This document shows positions 19,513-27,479 of a stretch of 64,000 bases of DNA, one piece after another (position 1 is the stretch's first letter; each line of letters begins with the position of its first letter). The stretch comes from a virus. The position numbers were made by a program, and so were the translations under genes. The stretch covers positions 32,001-96,000 of IMG/VR virus record IMGVR_UViG_3300045988_109366. One strand, given 5' to 3'. The notes under the pieces are model-generated. The model had not been told where the DNA came from and searched no databases. It worked only from the letters and a program-made list of their open reading frames with translations.

Positions 19513-19761
19513 TTAATCTTCTCCAATGCCTAAACAATTAAACGCCAACCATCCACTTACAACTCCCATCGCAAAAATAAACAAAACCATAAGCGAGAAC
19601 AGCGCCCAATCTTTTGTATTTAGTTTATTGCTCTCCTTCTTTGCTTTTATTTTTTCAAGAATATTCTTGTCAACATTGAAATCGAAATCAAATATCGTAT
19701 TACTATCTATCTTCCCATCAATATCTTTGTTATTAATAAATATCTGTCTCTTAACACTCAT
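19513..19761 (-). CDS. small membrane protein
   Basis: C-terminal TM segment. The ATG at 19761 forms an ATGA overlap with the upstream gene. Confidence 0.45.
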   Translation of the reverse strand: MSVKRQIFINNKDIDGKIDSNTIFDFDFNVDKNILEKIKAKKESNKLNTKDWALFSLMVLFIFAMGVVSGWLAFNCLGIGED

Positions 19762-19967
19762 ATCCCTAATATTTCTACTACATAAACAAATCCATAACAT
19801 ATATAATTATCAGCATCATGCTCCCCATAATCAACATGCCAAATAACAGCGCATGGGAAATAGAGTGGCATATCCTCAGCCATAGGATCCTCTTTGAGTT
19901 CATCAATGTTTATCTTCTCCCTCCACCTCCACAGGTCTTGGATGTCGTTCAAAATTAATTTCTCCAT
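19758..19967 (-). CDS. hypothetical protein
   Basis: 69-codon ORF. Its 65-nt overlap with the upstream gene is unusual. Confidence 0.45.
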   Translation of the reverse strand: MEKLILNDIQDLWRWREKINIDELKEDPMAEDMPLYFPCAVIWHVDYGEHDADNYICYGFVYVVEILGI

Positions 19968-20490
19968 AACTATGACGGATGTTAGATGTTAGTAATTCAA
20001 TAGCTAAGCTGATCATGGCTCCCGCTTCCGTAAGTTTATTCATTTGGGCGTACACCCTGTGCTCTGCGCTACGATAAGTCTCCCTGCTGCTTATGGTATC
20101 CAGTAAATCATCTATAGCGTTTCTAAGAAGATCGGTCATCCCATGCCCTCCTATACCCTTGAAATAATAAATATCACGACCTGCATAAAACATATCCTGA
20201 TATCTTTTAGCTACGTACTCTATTCCGGATAGATGATATTTTTCGTTGTCTATCTCCACCTCCCCTTTTTCTATAGCCCTCAACAACTTCCAATCTATCG
20301 TTACATAAGTTTCACGATTTTTTACCTTTACATAGGTATATCCGCCATAATGAGAACCCAATGTCCTCATCGTAAGTTCATTGACTTTTTGTTTGTTTTC
20401 ATCCATAATAATCTGGTTTTTAATGTTGATACAAAGATATGATTTAAACAAAAATAAAAGCATGAATAATATTAAAATAATATTAATCAT
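19903..20490 (-). CDS. hypothetical protein
   Basis: 195-codon ORF with a hydrophobic N-terminus. Confidence 0.55.
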   Translation of the reverse strand: MINIILILFMLLFLFKSYLCINIKNQIIMDENKQKVNELTMRTLGSHYGGYTYVKVKNRETYVTIDWKLLRAIEKGEVEIDNEKYHLSGIEYVAKRYQDMFYAGRDIYYFKGIGGHGMTDLLRNAIDDLLDTISSRETYRSAEHRVYAQMNKLTEAGAMISLAIELLTSNIRHSYGEINFERHPRPVEVEGEDKH

Positions 20491-20585
20491 GCTTAAATAT
20501 AAATATATCCCTTCTAATTCTCACGGATATACGTATTCGTACTCATCTGGAGGGGATGTCTTGTATTCAACATCGCACTCCATAG

Positions 20586-21329
20586 TTGTAAATTTCATAG
20601 AAAATCATAGAAATAATTAAGATATTCTACTCCATTTTAGACGCTTCAACACAACTGGCAACCCGGCTGCTCTGCGTCCGTATAGCCGCATCAACTCCTA
20701 CGGCTTGTATGTTTATCGCGGCGTTGAGATCCCTGTCGATCTCCATGCCGCAATCTTTGCAGACAAATGTTCGATCCGATAATTTCAGATCTTTATTCTT
20801 CCAGCCACATCTTGAACAGGTTTTCGAGGATGGGTAAAAACGATCTATAACAATCAGTTCTTTACTATACCACCTACACTTGTATTCAAGTTGGTTACGG
20901 AACATCGAGAAAGAAGCATCATATACAGAACCGGCAAGTTTGTGATTCTGTAGCATACCGGAAGCATTTAGATTCTCAATACAGATAACATCGTAATTAT
21001 TTACCAGCATCGTGGTCAAATTATGCATGTACCATGAACGCTTGTTGGCTATATCACGATGAAGTCTTGATACTTTTAGCCTGCATTTGTTTCTTCGATT
21101 ACTTCCTAATTTCTTTCTTGATAAATGCCGTTGCATCCTTTTTAACTTCGCTTGGTTCTCACAAAGAAAATGGGGATTCTCAACAGCAATCCCATCAGAT
21201 AATGTTTTTGCAAGAAGTTCTTCTTGTGTTTTGTTCGGATACATACGATATTTATATGAACATCTTATTAGACTCATCATCAATTCATTTTAATATATTA
21301 AATATGCAAATAATTCTATGATTTTACAA
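20586..21329 (-). mobile_element. decayed tnpB element bounded by its own inverted repeats
   Basis: TTGTAAA..TCATAGAA at 20586-20612 is the inverse of TTCTATGATTTTACAA at 21314-21329. The pair encloses the truncated tnpB. Confidence 0.45.
20627..21283 (-). CDS. tnpB: TnpB derivative with in-frame internal deletion (REC/WED and RuvC-I missing)
   Basis: N-terminal SYKYRMYPNKTQEELL joins directly to ENPHFL...VICIENLN (RuvC-II), CSRCG..CKDCG (zinc finger) and DRDLNAAINI (RuvC-III). There is no GIDxG RuvC-I motif. 218 aa versus about 370-400 aa for intact TnpB. Confidence 0.7.
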   Translation of the reverse strand: MMMSLIRCSYKYRMYPNKTQEELLAKTLSDGIAVENPHFLCENQAKLKRMQRHLSRKKLGSNRRNKCRLKVSRLHRDIANKRSWYMHNLTTMLVNNYDVICIENLNASGMLQNHKLAGSVYDASFSMFRNQLEYKCRWYSKELIVIDRFYPSSKTCSRCGWKNKDLKLSDRTFVCKDCGMEIDRDLNAAINIQAVGVDAAIRTQSSRVASCVEASKME

Positions 21330-21355
21330 TGGATTACTATCGATTTTGTAATTAT

Positions 21356-21496
21356 TTAATCATACTTGTCTCCTCTTCTGTATACTAACGCTACCCAACA
21401 GTCGTATTTTTTGCTGTATCCTATAAGAGGGACACCTTCCATAGGCGGATTATCTTTCGTTTTGTACCTTAATTTTGTTATTTGCTTTATGCTCAT
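21356..21496 (-). CDS. small hypothetical protein (46 aa)
   Basis: Below the track cutoff. ATGA overlap with the stop of 21493-21870. Confidence 0.3.
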   Translation of the reverse strand: MSIKQITKLRYKTKDNPPMEGVPLIGYSKKYDCWVALVYRRGDKYD

Positions 21497-21870
21497 ATAA
21501 TCTTATGTTTAAGTAATTCCATCATCATCGAAAACAATGTGTCTACAAGAAGTTTCTCGCTACTCCAATATATAGGGATCTCGTCTATATCTCTATACGC
21601 TACAGACCATGCATGTTTTAGCTTATAACATTCTAATGTACAACCCTCTATCTCATATGGGAGCAAATTCAGTAACGTCCCTACATCCCAAACAGGGTTG
21701 GATATATCCGGGGTAACGGCCTCGATCAGTCCTATACGACCAGCGTCATCCTCCATAGAATGTAATTGATCCAGATACTTGTCTCTGAAACCGATGGCGG
21801 TGGAGATAGGGAGGCCGGCCTCAACCAGCACTCTCCCCTGTTCTTTTGTGGTGAATATCCTTTCTTTCAT
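21493..21870 (-). CDS. hypothetical protein
   Basis: 125-codon ORF abutting the methyltransferase gene. Confidence 0.6.
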   Translation of the reverse strand: MKERIFTTKEQGRVLVEAGLPISTAIGFRDKYLDQLHSMEDDAGRIGLIEAVTPDISNPVWDVGTLLNLLPYEIEGCTLECYKLKHAWSVAYRDIDEIPIYWSSEKLLVDTLFSMMMELLKHKII

Positions 21871-22383
21871 CTAACCTTTGATCTTTTTCTCTACAGTAAC
21901 AATCGTATCATTATGCCATCCCCCATGAGCCACTAGAAGAATCTCCTGCTGCTCGAAACCAAGCCCTGCCCCTATACCGCCGGAGTTCCACGCGCAGGTA
22001 ATGACCACCCCGCCCTTCTTGGTGATCCTAGCTATCTCCTTCTTCTGCCTAGCCCAATAACTAGATTGCGTTGTTTGCATATTAACAGATCCTCCAAGTC
22101 TTTTATACGACTCAGATACCTGTCTCGCAGAATATGGTGGATCATATAATACCATATCAGCTATATTATCATCAAGATGACACAAGAAGTCCGTGGCGTC
22201 TTTATGATACATAGCCTTAGTCTCAGGATCAAGATCGTTGGTTATCGTCCCTATATCGCTGTTTCTGGCGAATGGATCCACTATAACCATTCCATCTTTT
22301 TTATATCTATCTATAAGTTCTCTTATCGGTTTTATGCTGAATGTCTCGCTGTTCGGCATTGACCATTTCTTGTTTATAATCAT
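21871..22383 (-). CDS. DNA methyltransferase (N6-adenine/N4-cytosine type, DPPY)
   Basis: Motif I-like IVDPFARNS and motif IV LYDPPYS. Small phage-type methyltransferase. Confidence 0.7.
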   Translation of the reverse strand: MIINKKWSMPNSETFSIKPIRELIDRYKKDGMVIVDPFARNSDIGTITNDLDPETKAMYHKDATDFLCHLDDNIADMVLYDPPYSARQVSESYKRLGGSVNMQTTQSSYWARQKKEIARITKKGGVVITCAWNSGGIGAGLGFEQQEILLVAHGGWHNDTIVTVEKKIKG

Positions 22384-22410
22384 CTCTTAACTCTGTTTTA
22401 AATTTAAGTT

Positions 22411-22596
22411 TCATAGCACTTCTAGGTACAGGATCGCATATGTCATCCCACCAATTCTTGTGCCCTTTCGATGTCCGTCCTCTCCTATCCTTCTACCGAC
22501 AATGACTCCTATATATCTTCCTCTTATGGCTCCCGGATTCCAGCCCTTGTCATGCTCTAAAATATCATCCAACGATATATGTTTGTCTTTCGGCAT
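22411..22596 (-). CDS. hypothetical protein
   Basis: ORF from the internal ATG. Overlaps 22565-22813 in another frame. Confidence 0.3.
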   Translation of the reverse strand: MPKDKHISLDDILEHDKGWNPGAIRGRYIGVIVGRRIGEDGHRKGTRIGGMTYAILYLEVL

Positions 22597-22813
22597 TTCT
22601 ACCGACCAATTGCACCAATAAAGACGATGCCTTGGTCTGTGCCGAGACCAAGGCGCTATCGATCTCCACCGGCTCCACGCCAAGCTCCTCGGTAATCACC
22701 CAGCGGTGCTCATCCCGCATCCGGACGTTCTCGCCCAAGAACAGGACCTTACCTTTTGTCACCTTCTTCCCGGCTTTAAGAGCCTCTACGTCTTTATCGG
22801 TAATCTTTTTCAT
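22565..22813 (-). CDS. hypothetical protein
   Basis: 82-codon ORF with a 4-nt overlap to the upstream gene. Confidence 0.5.
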   Translation of the reverse strand: MKKITDKDVEALKAGKKVTKGKVLFLGENVRMRDEHRWVITEELGVEPVEIDSALVSAQTKASSLLVQLVGRNAERQTYIVG

Positions 22814-23142
22814 ACTTTCGATATTTTATCGTTACAATTAAATTCATCTTTCATCCTGATCTTTATGCCTCCATATGATAATTCCTTATGAGCTGTGACA
22901 AAATAATCAACCGCATCTTCATCTAATAAACTATGCGGGCACCTTTCCCATACAGGACTTTGATCTAGATGATCCCATGTGGCTACAAGTAACCTATTCT
23001 TGTCATCATCAATAGCTATTTTGTATGTCCCTGTAGTAGCCTTACGTTTAATGATCGCTCCATTTAACATCTGTTTCTTAGCCCAGCTCCATGAGCCTCT
23101 CAACCCAAATGTTCTTATAACCCAGTTATTTATCTTCTTCAT
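22810..23142 (-). CDS. hypothetical protein
   Basis: 110-codon ORF. Confidence 0.6.
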   Translation of the reverse strand: MKKINNWVIRTFGLRGSWSWAKKQMLNGAIIKRKATTGTYKIAIDDDKNRLLVATWDHLDQSPVWERCPHSLLDEDAVDYFVTAHKELSYGGIKIRMKDEFNCNDKISKV

Positions 23143-23148
23143 TTCAAA

Positions 23149-23442
23149 TTATTTGTTAAAAGTGTAATATAAATATAAATACATAAATTGAATAGGGCTA
23201 TTCACCATGCCCTTATCAGTAGGATCATCGTATTTGTCAAGCCAAAGACGAAGCGCCTCCCAATCGATATCCTTACGGTCACATACCATGCAGGCTAGGT
23301 TAGCCCCGAACGGCTCCCCGCCGCCGCTCAGCGAGCTATTAAACCTTTTGGCTAGTCTTTCCTTGAATCCCTTATCATACCAAATACCGGAGGTAGCGGC
23401 ATAGCAATAATAAGCGTTGTACTTCAGGTGATTATATACCAA
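23149..23442 (-). CDS. hypothetical protein; tracked TTG start lies inside the tnpB element end
   Basis: 97-codon ORF. The first 5 codons are encoded by the element terminus GGTATATAATCACC. The true start is uncertain. Confidence 0.4.
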   Translation of the reverse strand: MVYNHLKYNAYYCYAATSGIWYDKGFKERLAKRFNSSLSGGGEPFGANLACMVCDRKDIDWEALRLWLDKYDDPTDKGMVNSPIQFMYLYLYYTFNK

Positions 23443-23530
23443 TTTAAACCAGTATAATTTGACGCTTCACAGCCCCGGCCATCGCCGGTGACTCCACATC
23501 CCCTACCCGGTCCACCACCGGTGACGTATT
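23427..23530 (-). ncRNA. candidate omega-RNA (reRNA) scaffold of element B
   Basis: GC-rich hairpin-forming stretch (CCGG-TGGTGGA-CCGG, CCGG-CGATGG-CCGG) between the tnpB stop and the element end. The position matches where TnpB guide RNAs are encoded. Its 5' limit probably lies inside the ORF. Confidence 0.4.
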
Positions 23531-24646
23531 TTATTGGGTTAGAAGATTCTGTTTTTCTAACCCAAATTTCTTTATGTTCCTAGCGGCAAGAAGATCCCTA
23601 TCATTTACGGCTCCACAAGAAGGGCAAGTCCAGATACGATCGGATAATTTAAGATCCCGATGTATGTACCCACATCCGCACATCTTGGAGCTAGGTTCGA
23701 ATCTACCAACCCGAATCAAATTCACGCCCTTCCAATCCGACTTATAGCTTAATATTCTAAAGAACTCGCTCCATGAGCATGAAGCTATGCTATTAGCCAG
23801 CTTATGGTTCTTCATCATCCCCTCCACGTTAAGATCCTCAATAACCACGGTTTGGTTCTCGCCTAGGATATTGTTGACCACATGGTGCAGGAAGTTATGT
23901 CTTTGATTTGATATACGCTCGTATGCCTTAGCTACAGCTAATCTGGCTCTTTCTCTTCTTCGGCTTCCTTTTTGTTTGCGAGTTAATCTACGTTGTAAGC
24001 ATCTTAACCGTGCGGAAGACCTTTCAAGATATTTCGGGTTCTCGAAAATCGAACCGTTCGATAAGGTTGCGAATGTCTTTATCCCGACATCGATACCTAC
24101 AGCGGTATCCGGATTTATAGGAGACTTGTCCGGCAATTTGAGGCCGTTATCTACAAGGATACTGATATAGTACTTATTTGTAGGTGATTTAGATACAGTG
24201 ACAGTCCCTATTTTACCTTTAAACACTTGGTTTGAGTAGAATCTTATCCATCCTAATTTCGGTAACTTAATCCTGTTGTTATCGAAATCAATATGAACAT
24301 TGAGGATATTCTTGAACGATCTCCTTGATCCTCGCTTTGACTTGAATTTTGGGAAGCCTTTCTTTTCCCTAAAAAATCTGGTGAAAGCCTGATCAAGATT
24401 CCTTATTGACTGTTGCAGACATTCGTTAGACACCTCATTAAGCCAAGTATATTCCTCTTGTTTCTTCAAATCAGTCAGTTTCTTGCATAGATCAACAGCC
24501 GTAAGTGATTTTTTATCATCTTGATACGCTTCGATTTTTGTCTGCAAAGCCCAGTTATAGATAAATCGTGTTGATCCGAAAGTCCTCTCTATTAGAGAGA
24601 TCTGTTCGGATGTCGGATTTAGTCTATATTTATAAGCTTTTAGCAT
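23531..24646 (-). CDS. tnpB: TnpB RNA-guided endonuclease (IS200/IS605-type OrfB), apparently intact
   Basis: N-terminal MLKAYKYRLNPT. RuvC-I VGIDVGIKT, RuvC-II VVIEDLNVEGM, zinc finger CGCG..CPSCG, RuvC-III NDRDLLAARNI. Start set at M43 of the tracked ORF. Confidence 0.9.
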   Translation of the reverse strand: MLKAYKYRLNPTSEQISLIERTFGSTRFIYNWALQTKIEAYQDDKKSLTAVDLCKKLTDLKKQEEYTWLNEVSNECLQQSIRNLDQAFTRFFREKKGFPKFKSKRGSRRSFKNILNVHIDFDNNRIKLPKLGWIRFYSNQVFKGKIGTVTVSKSPTNKYYISILVDNGLKLPDKSPINPDTAVGIDVGIKTFATLSNGSIFENPKYLERSSARLRCLQRRLTRKQKGSRRRERARLAVAKAYERISNQRHNFLHHVVNNILGENQTVVIEDLNVEGMMKNHKLANSIASCSWSEFFRILSYKSDWKGVNLIRVGRFEPSSKMCGCGYIHRDLKLSDRIWTCPSCGAVNDRDLLAARNIKKFGLEKQNLLTQ

Positions 24647-24680
24647 ACTACTGTCTTTTGATACAAAGATGTGATATAAA

Positions 24681-24746
24681 AAGTAATTATATACGATTTT
24701 ACTTATGTCATACAACATAATAGTGTAAAGATGTATATAATTACTT
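24681..24746. repeat. 14-bp perfect inverted repeat (hairpin) at the left end of element B
   Basis: AAGTAATTATATAC at 24681-24694 and GTATATAATTACTT at 24733-24746, with a 38-nt spacer. Confidence 0.8.
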
Positions 24747-24768
24747 AATGTTATTTCGGATATGGATG

Positions 24769-25044
24769 TCATTTTTTGTCATATATCAACATAACGTTGA
24801 TAAGATCAGCCTTTCTAACCATCCCCTCAAGTTTATTAAAGCCATCCATATTATCCCCACTGACGATAATAGTAGGATATACTTCTATGCCGTACTTGGA
24901 TATCTCCTCCTCCGTGGCTTTGTTCTCTGGGATCTGGTTTAACGTAACCTCACCCTCATACTCCTGTAATGTGTTGGCGATAATATACCGCATGTAGTCG
25001 CTGCACTCAGCGTCTTTCTTCGTGAAAAAATCAATTCTTACCAT
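24769..25044 (-). CDS. thioredoxin-fold-like small protein (weak call)
   Basis: 91 aa with a beta-alpha-beta start and a ..YPTIIV.. segment. No CxxC motif. Confidence 0.3.
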   Translation of the reverse strand: MVRIDFFTKKDAECSDYMRYIIANTLQEYEGEVTLNQIPENKATEEEISKYGIEVYPTIIVSGDNMDGFNKLEGMVRKADLINVMLIYDKK

Positions 25045-25110
25045 CTCAAATAGTTGTTAATCTGTTAATAATCAAATCAGCGGTAAATATAGCATTATCT
25101 ACCTCATCTA

Positions 25111-25734
25111 CTACTCTTTCTCCTGACTCTTCCATTTCACTAGTCCTTTATTATGTTTATCGTAATACAACATTGCTATAGCGTTCCACACCACCTGCGC
25201 AAGATGCATACATCCTGTATCCGAATCAAATCTCTCCCCTTTCGTATAAGCAACTAAGTGCCGCATGGTCGCACCTAAATACCGATTGAATCCATCAGGT
25301 ATATCTTGCCATGAGTTATCGGCGTACTTCTTGGCTCCTTCCGTATATACCCTCACGATGTCCTCTATCTCAGCCAAAGGAAGGAGATCCCACCGGAGTT
25401 TACCGTCGGCCCGGTCGTCCTTCCCCGTCCCGTCCTTGCCTGGCAGCCCACCTCCTTTATTGGCGTCCTCATTCCCATCTGGCTGGATGATCTCCTCCGA
25501 TAAGGCCTTATTGCTATTCATTACTATCTCCTCCGCCTCATCCTTGTCTATAAGCCGTTCCCTTATAGCTATATGTAGCGGCAATACCTCATCCTCTCCA
25601 GCCCACATGGAACCATATCCCTTTGGATATAACGTTGATAATTTCATCGTACCTGTATTATCCGCCGTTCTTTCAACCTCCCAGATCTCACCCTCGCAAA
25701 AGACCTTGTCAAATTTATTAAATTCGTATTTCAT
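25111..25734 (-). CDS. MazG-like dNTP pyrophosphohydrolase (dATP/dGTP diphosphohydrolase-type domain)
   Basis: LRWDLLPLAEIEDIVRVYTEGAKKYADNSWQ ... MRHLVAY ... HLAQVVWNAIAML matches the phage all-alpha NTP-PPase pattern. Confidence 0.6.
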   Translation of the reverse strand: MKYEFNKFDKVFCEGEIWEVERTADNTGTMKLSTLYPKGYGSMWAGEDEVLPLHIAIRERLIDKDEAEEIVMNSNKALSEEIIQPDGNEDANKGGGLPGKDGTGKDDRADGKLRWDLLPLAEIEDIVRVYTEGAKKYADNSWQDIPDGFNRYLGATMRHLVAYTKGERFDSDTGCMHLAQVVWNAIAMLYYDKHNKGLVKWKSQEKE

Positions 25735-26012
25735 ATCCTTTCCCCTCCCTCTTGGTGTATTCTTATTGCTACATCATCATCAAGTGAGGATAATGCTTTA
25801 ATATGTAATAATATATCTCGTTCATCGTTCTTATTTTTCCCTGCAATACATGATAGAGTATTACCATTCATTTCTATTGTAGCCCATCCTTTTATGACAG
25901 GTTCGTGCCTCTTCAGCTTAGCGGCATCTTCTCTCGTTATCCAATATTCTTCAAAGATTATGTCTGGATACATAGCTTTTATTTCCTCCCCGGTTTTATA
26001 CCACGTTGCCAT
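25731..26012 (-). CDS. hypothetical protein
   Basis: 93-codon ORF with a 4-nt overlap to the downstream gene. Confidence 0.55.
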   Translation of the reverse strand: MATWYKTGEEIKAMYPDIIFEEYWITREDAAKLKRHEPVIKGWATIEMNGNTLSCIAGKNKNDERDILLHIKALSSLDDDVAIRIHQEGGERI

Positions 26013-26027
26013 ATCTCATGTTTTTAA

Positions 26028-26249
26028 TTAATAAAACTCGCTTAAATCCCTGCATTCTGGTGTCTCATCTGTTATGGAATAAAGCTCACCAGATGATAGA
26101 TATACGCAATGCGAGGTCTTCCCGTCCCTCCACTCGCTTTGCTTCGTAATCCCGCAAATAGCGCAGCGTTGGATCCCCGGACCCGCCTTTACCCACGAGT
26201 GTCGTACGTTTTTCTTTCTCGTCCTGTTGGTGTTGTCAAGTTTCCTCAT
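26028..26249 (-). CDS. hypothetical zinc-ribbon protein
   Basis: CAICG...C..C pattern. Confidence 0.5.
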   Translation of the reverse strand: MRKLDNTNRTRKKNVRHSWVKAGPGIQRCAICGITKQSEWRDGKTSHCVYLSSGELYSITDETPECRDLSEFY

Positions 26250-26250
26250 A

Positions 26251-26469
26251 TTAATCCTCCAAAGTCATTATAATCTTATCTTTCCCGATAATAGCCTCAT
26301 TCCCGCTCCTTATATCAAAGCATCTCCCTTCATCTGCCTCCTTGAAATAAAGAACGCCATTGTACTCGAATAAACCGAAGCCGTAATCGTCTAGCTTCAT
26401 TTTGCTAAGTTTTTTGAACTTATATACGTTTTTCATATCCTCCATATTTTCTTTATCCATATAAAACAT
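26251..26469 (-). CDS. hypothetical protein
   Basis: 72-codon ORF. Confidence 0.5.
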   Translation of the reverse strand: MFYMDKENMEDMKNVYKFKKLSKMKLDDYGFGLFEYNGVLYFKEADEGRCFDIRSGNEAIIGKDKIIMTLED

Positions 26470-26611
26470 CGATGCCCCCCATTGACATTACCCCTACAAC
26501 TGCCATAATTAGTCCCTCGTAGAACATGCTGCAATGTAGTTTATTCCAACCCTTCATCATTACAATTATGGATAATATGATTATCGCCACAATAAACAAT
26601 ATCCATATCAT
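26453..26611 (-). CDS. small two-TM membrane protein (52 aa)
   Basis: Below the track cutoff. Starts 1 nt after the stop of the DHH gene. Two hydrophobic helices. Confidence 0.3.
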   Translation of the reverse strand: MIWILFIVAIIILSIIVMMKGWNKLHCSMFYEGLIMAVVGVMSMGGIDVLYG

Positions 26612-26612
26612 A

Positions 26613-27479
26613 TCACATCTCCTTACTTTTTAAGAACTCCATCATATCCTCCACGCTAAGCTGGAAGCCGGCAGCCGCCTTATGGCCTCCTCCACCGGGG
26701 TTGGCCTTGCGTGCCAGCGCCGAGACATCCACCTCCTCCTTGGTGGTATAGAACGAGCATCTGAAGAATCTGCCGTTCCAGCAAAATGGCATCATCAAAT
26801 CATGTTTTCTAGGATCGTACATAGACTCGAATGTGGTGGAGTTAAACTCCGTAGTATTCATACATATCGACTTGTATCCAAATATATCTGCCTCGAATGA
26901 GAACATCTTCATCTCTCCTCTGTTTTTCTCAACGATATACTCCAGTATCGCCTCCCCGTTCCTTATCATGTCATATATGAAGTCATGATCGCCATCCATG
27001 ACCTTTGCCGCCATATCCACGTCAAGACCACAATATCCTCTCATCCCATATTGGAATGAAAGAACGTCACTCCACTCGAACCGGTCGTGATCCCATACAT
27101 CATAAGCACTCAATAATTCTACCACATTAGGAGTTTTGATGTCATCGAAAAGATATTCCCACGTAAGCTCACAGGTCGCCGTCCCTATACGCCTCTTGCC
27201 CTTTACCTCGTAATCCCTCATATCGTCTATGGCTGTCTTATGATGGTCTATCCATATGACATCTGTACCTTTATCCTTCCACTCATCGAAAAGGAATCTT
27301 GTTCTGTTTCCAAATGACACGTCAACTACAAATACCTTATCATATTTATTCACGTCAGGTATTTCCTTGCCGTAATTGTAAGGAAGAAGATCAATGTCTT
27401 CCCCTTTGAAATACTTTTTTACTATAGCCGCTGACATTACTCCGTCAAGATCAGCCTCATGATATATACATCCTGTCAT
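26613..27479 (-). CDS. DHH-family phosphoesterase (NrnA/RecJ-like)
   Basis: Motifs HEADLDG, VVDVS, IDHHKT and DHHA1 GGGGHKAAAGF. Confidence 0.8.
   Translation of the reverse strand: MTGCIYHEADLDGVMSAAIVKKYFKGEDIDLLPYNYGKEIPDVNKYDKVFVVDVSFGNRTRFLFDEWKDKGTDVIWIDHHKTAIDDMRDYEVKGKRRIGTATCELTWEYLFDDIKTPNVVELLSAYDVWDHDRFEWSDVLSFQYGMRGYCGLDVDMAAKVMDGDHDFIYDMIRNGEAILEYIVEKNRGEMKMFSFEADIFGYKSICMNTTEFNSTTFESMYDPRKHDLMMPFCWNGRFFRCSFYTTKEEVDVSALARKANPGGGGHKAAAGFQLSVEDMMEFLKSKEM

Larger units (their letters stand above)
23427..24746 (-). mobile_element. tnpB-only element with inverted termini (element B)
   Basis: RE-type end GGTGATTATATACCAATTTAAACC at 23427-23450. LE-type end AGTAATTATATACATCTTTACACT (reverse complement of 24722-24745). 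Both are homologous to the ends at 40993/42339 and 45703/46037. Confidence 0.7.

Noticed and set aside
22411-22813. Two ORFs overlapping by 32-119 nt in different frames, which might be one frameshifted gene.
   Set aside because: There is no slippery or homopolymer site in the overlap, and no sequence continuity suggests a single protein. Left as two low-confidence genes.
25265-25801. 178-codon plus-strand ORF. Other plus-strand ORFs lie inside the minus-strand block (27459-27815, 28107-28577, 31627-32097, 31866-32210, 39923-40363, 49243-49728, 52371-52760, 63166-63582).
   Set aside because: They are antisense to genes with recognisable motifs or tight operon coupling. Their translations are low-complexity or Ser/Leu/Ile-rich.
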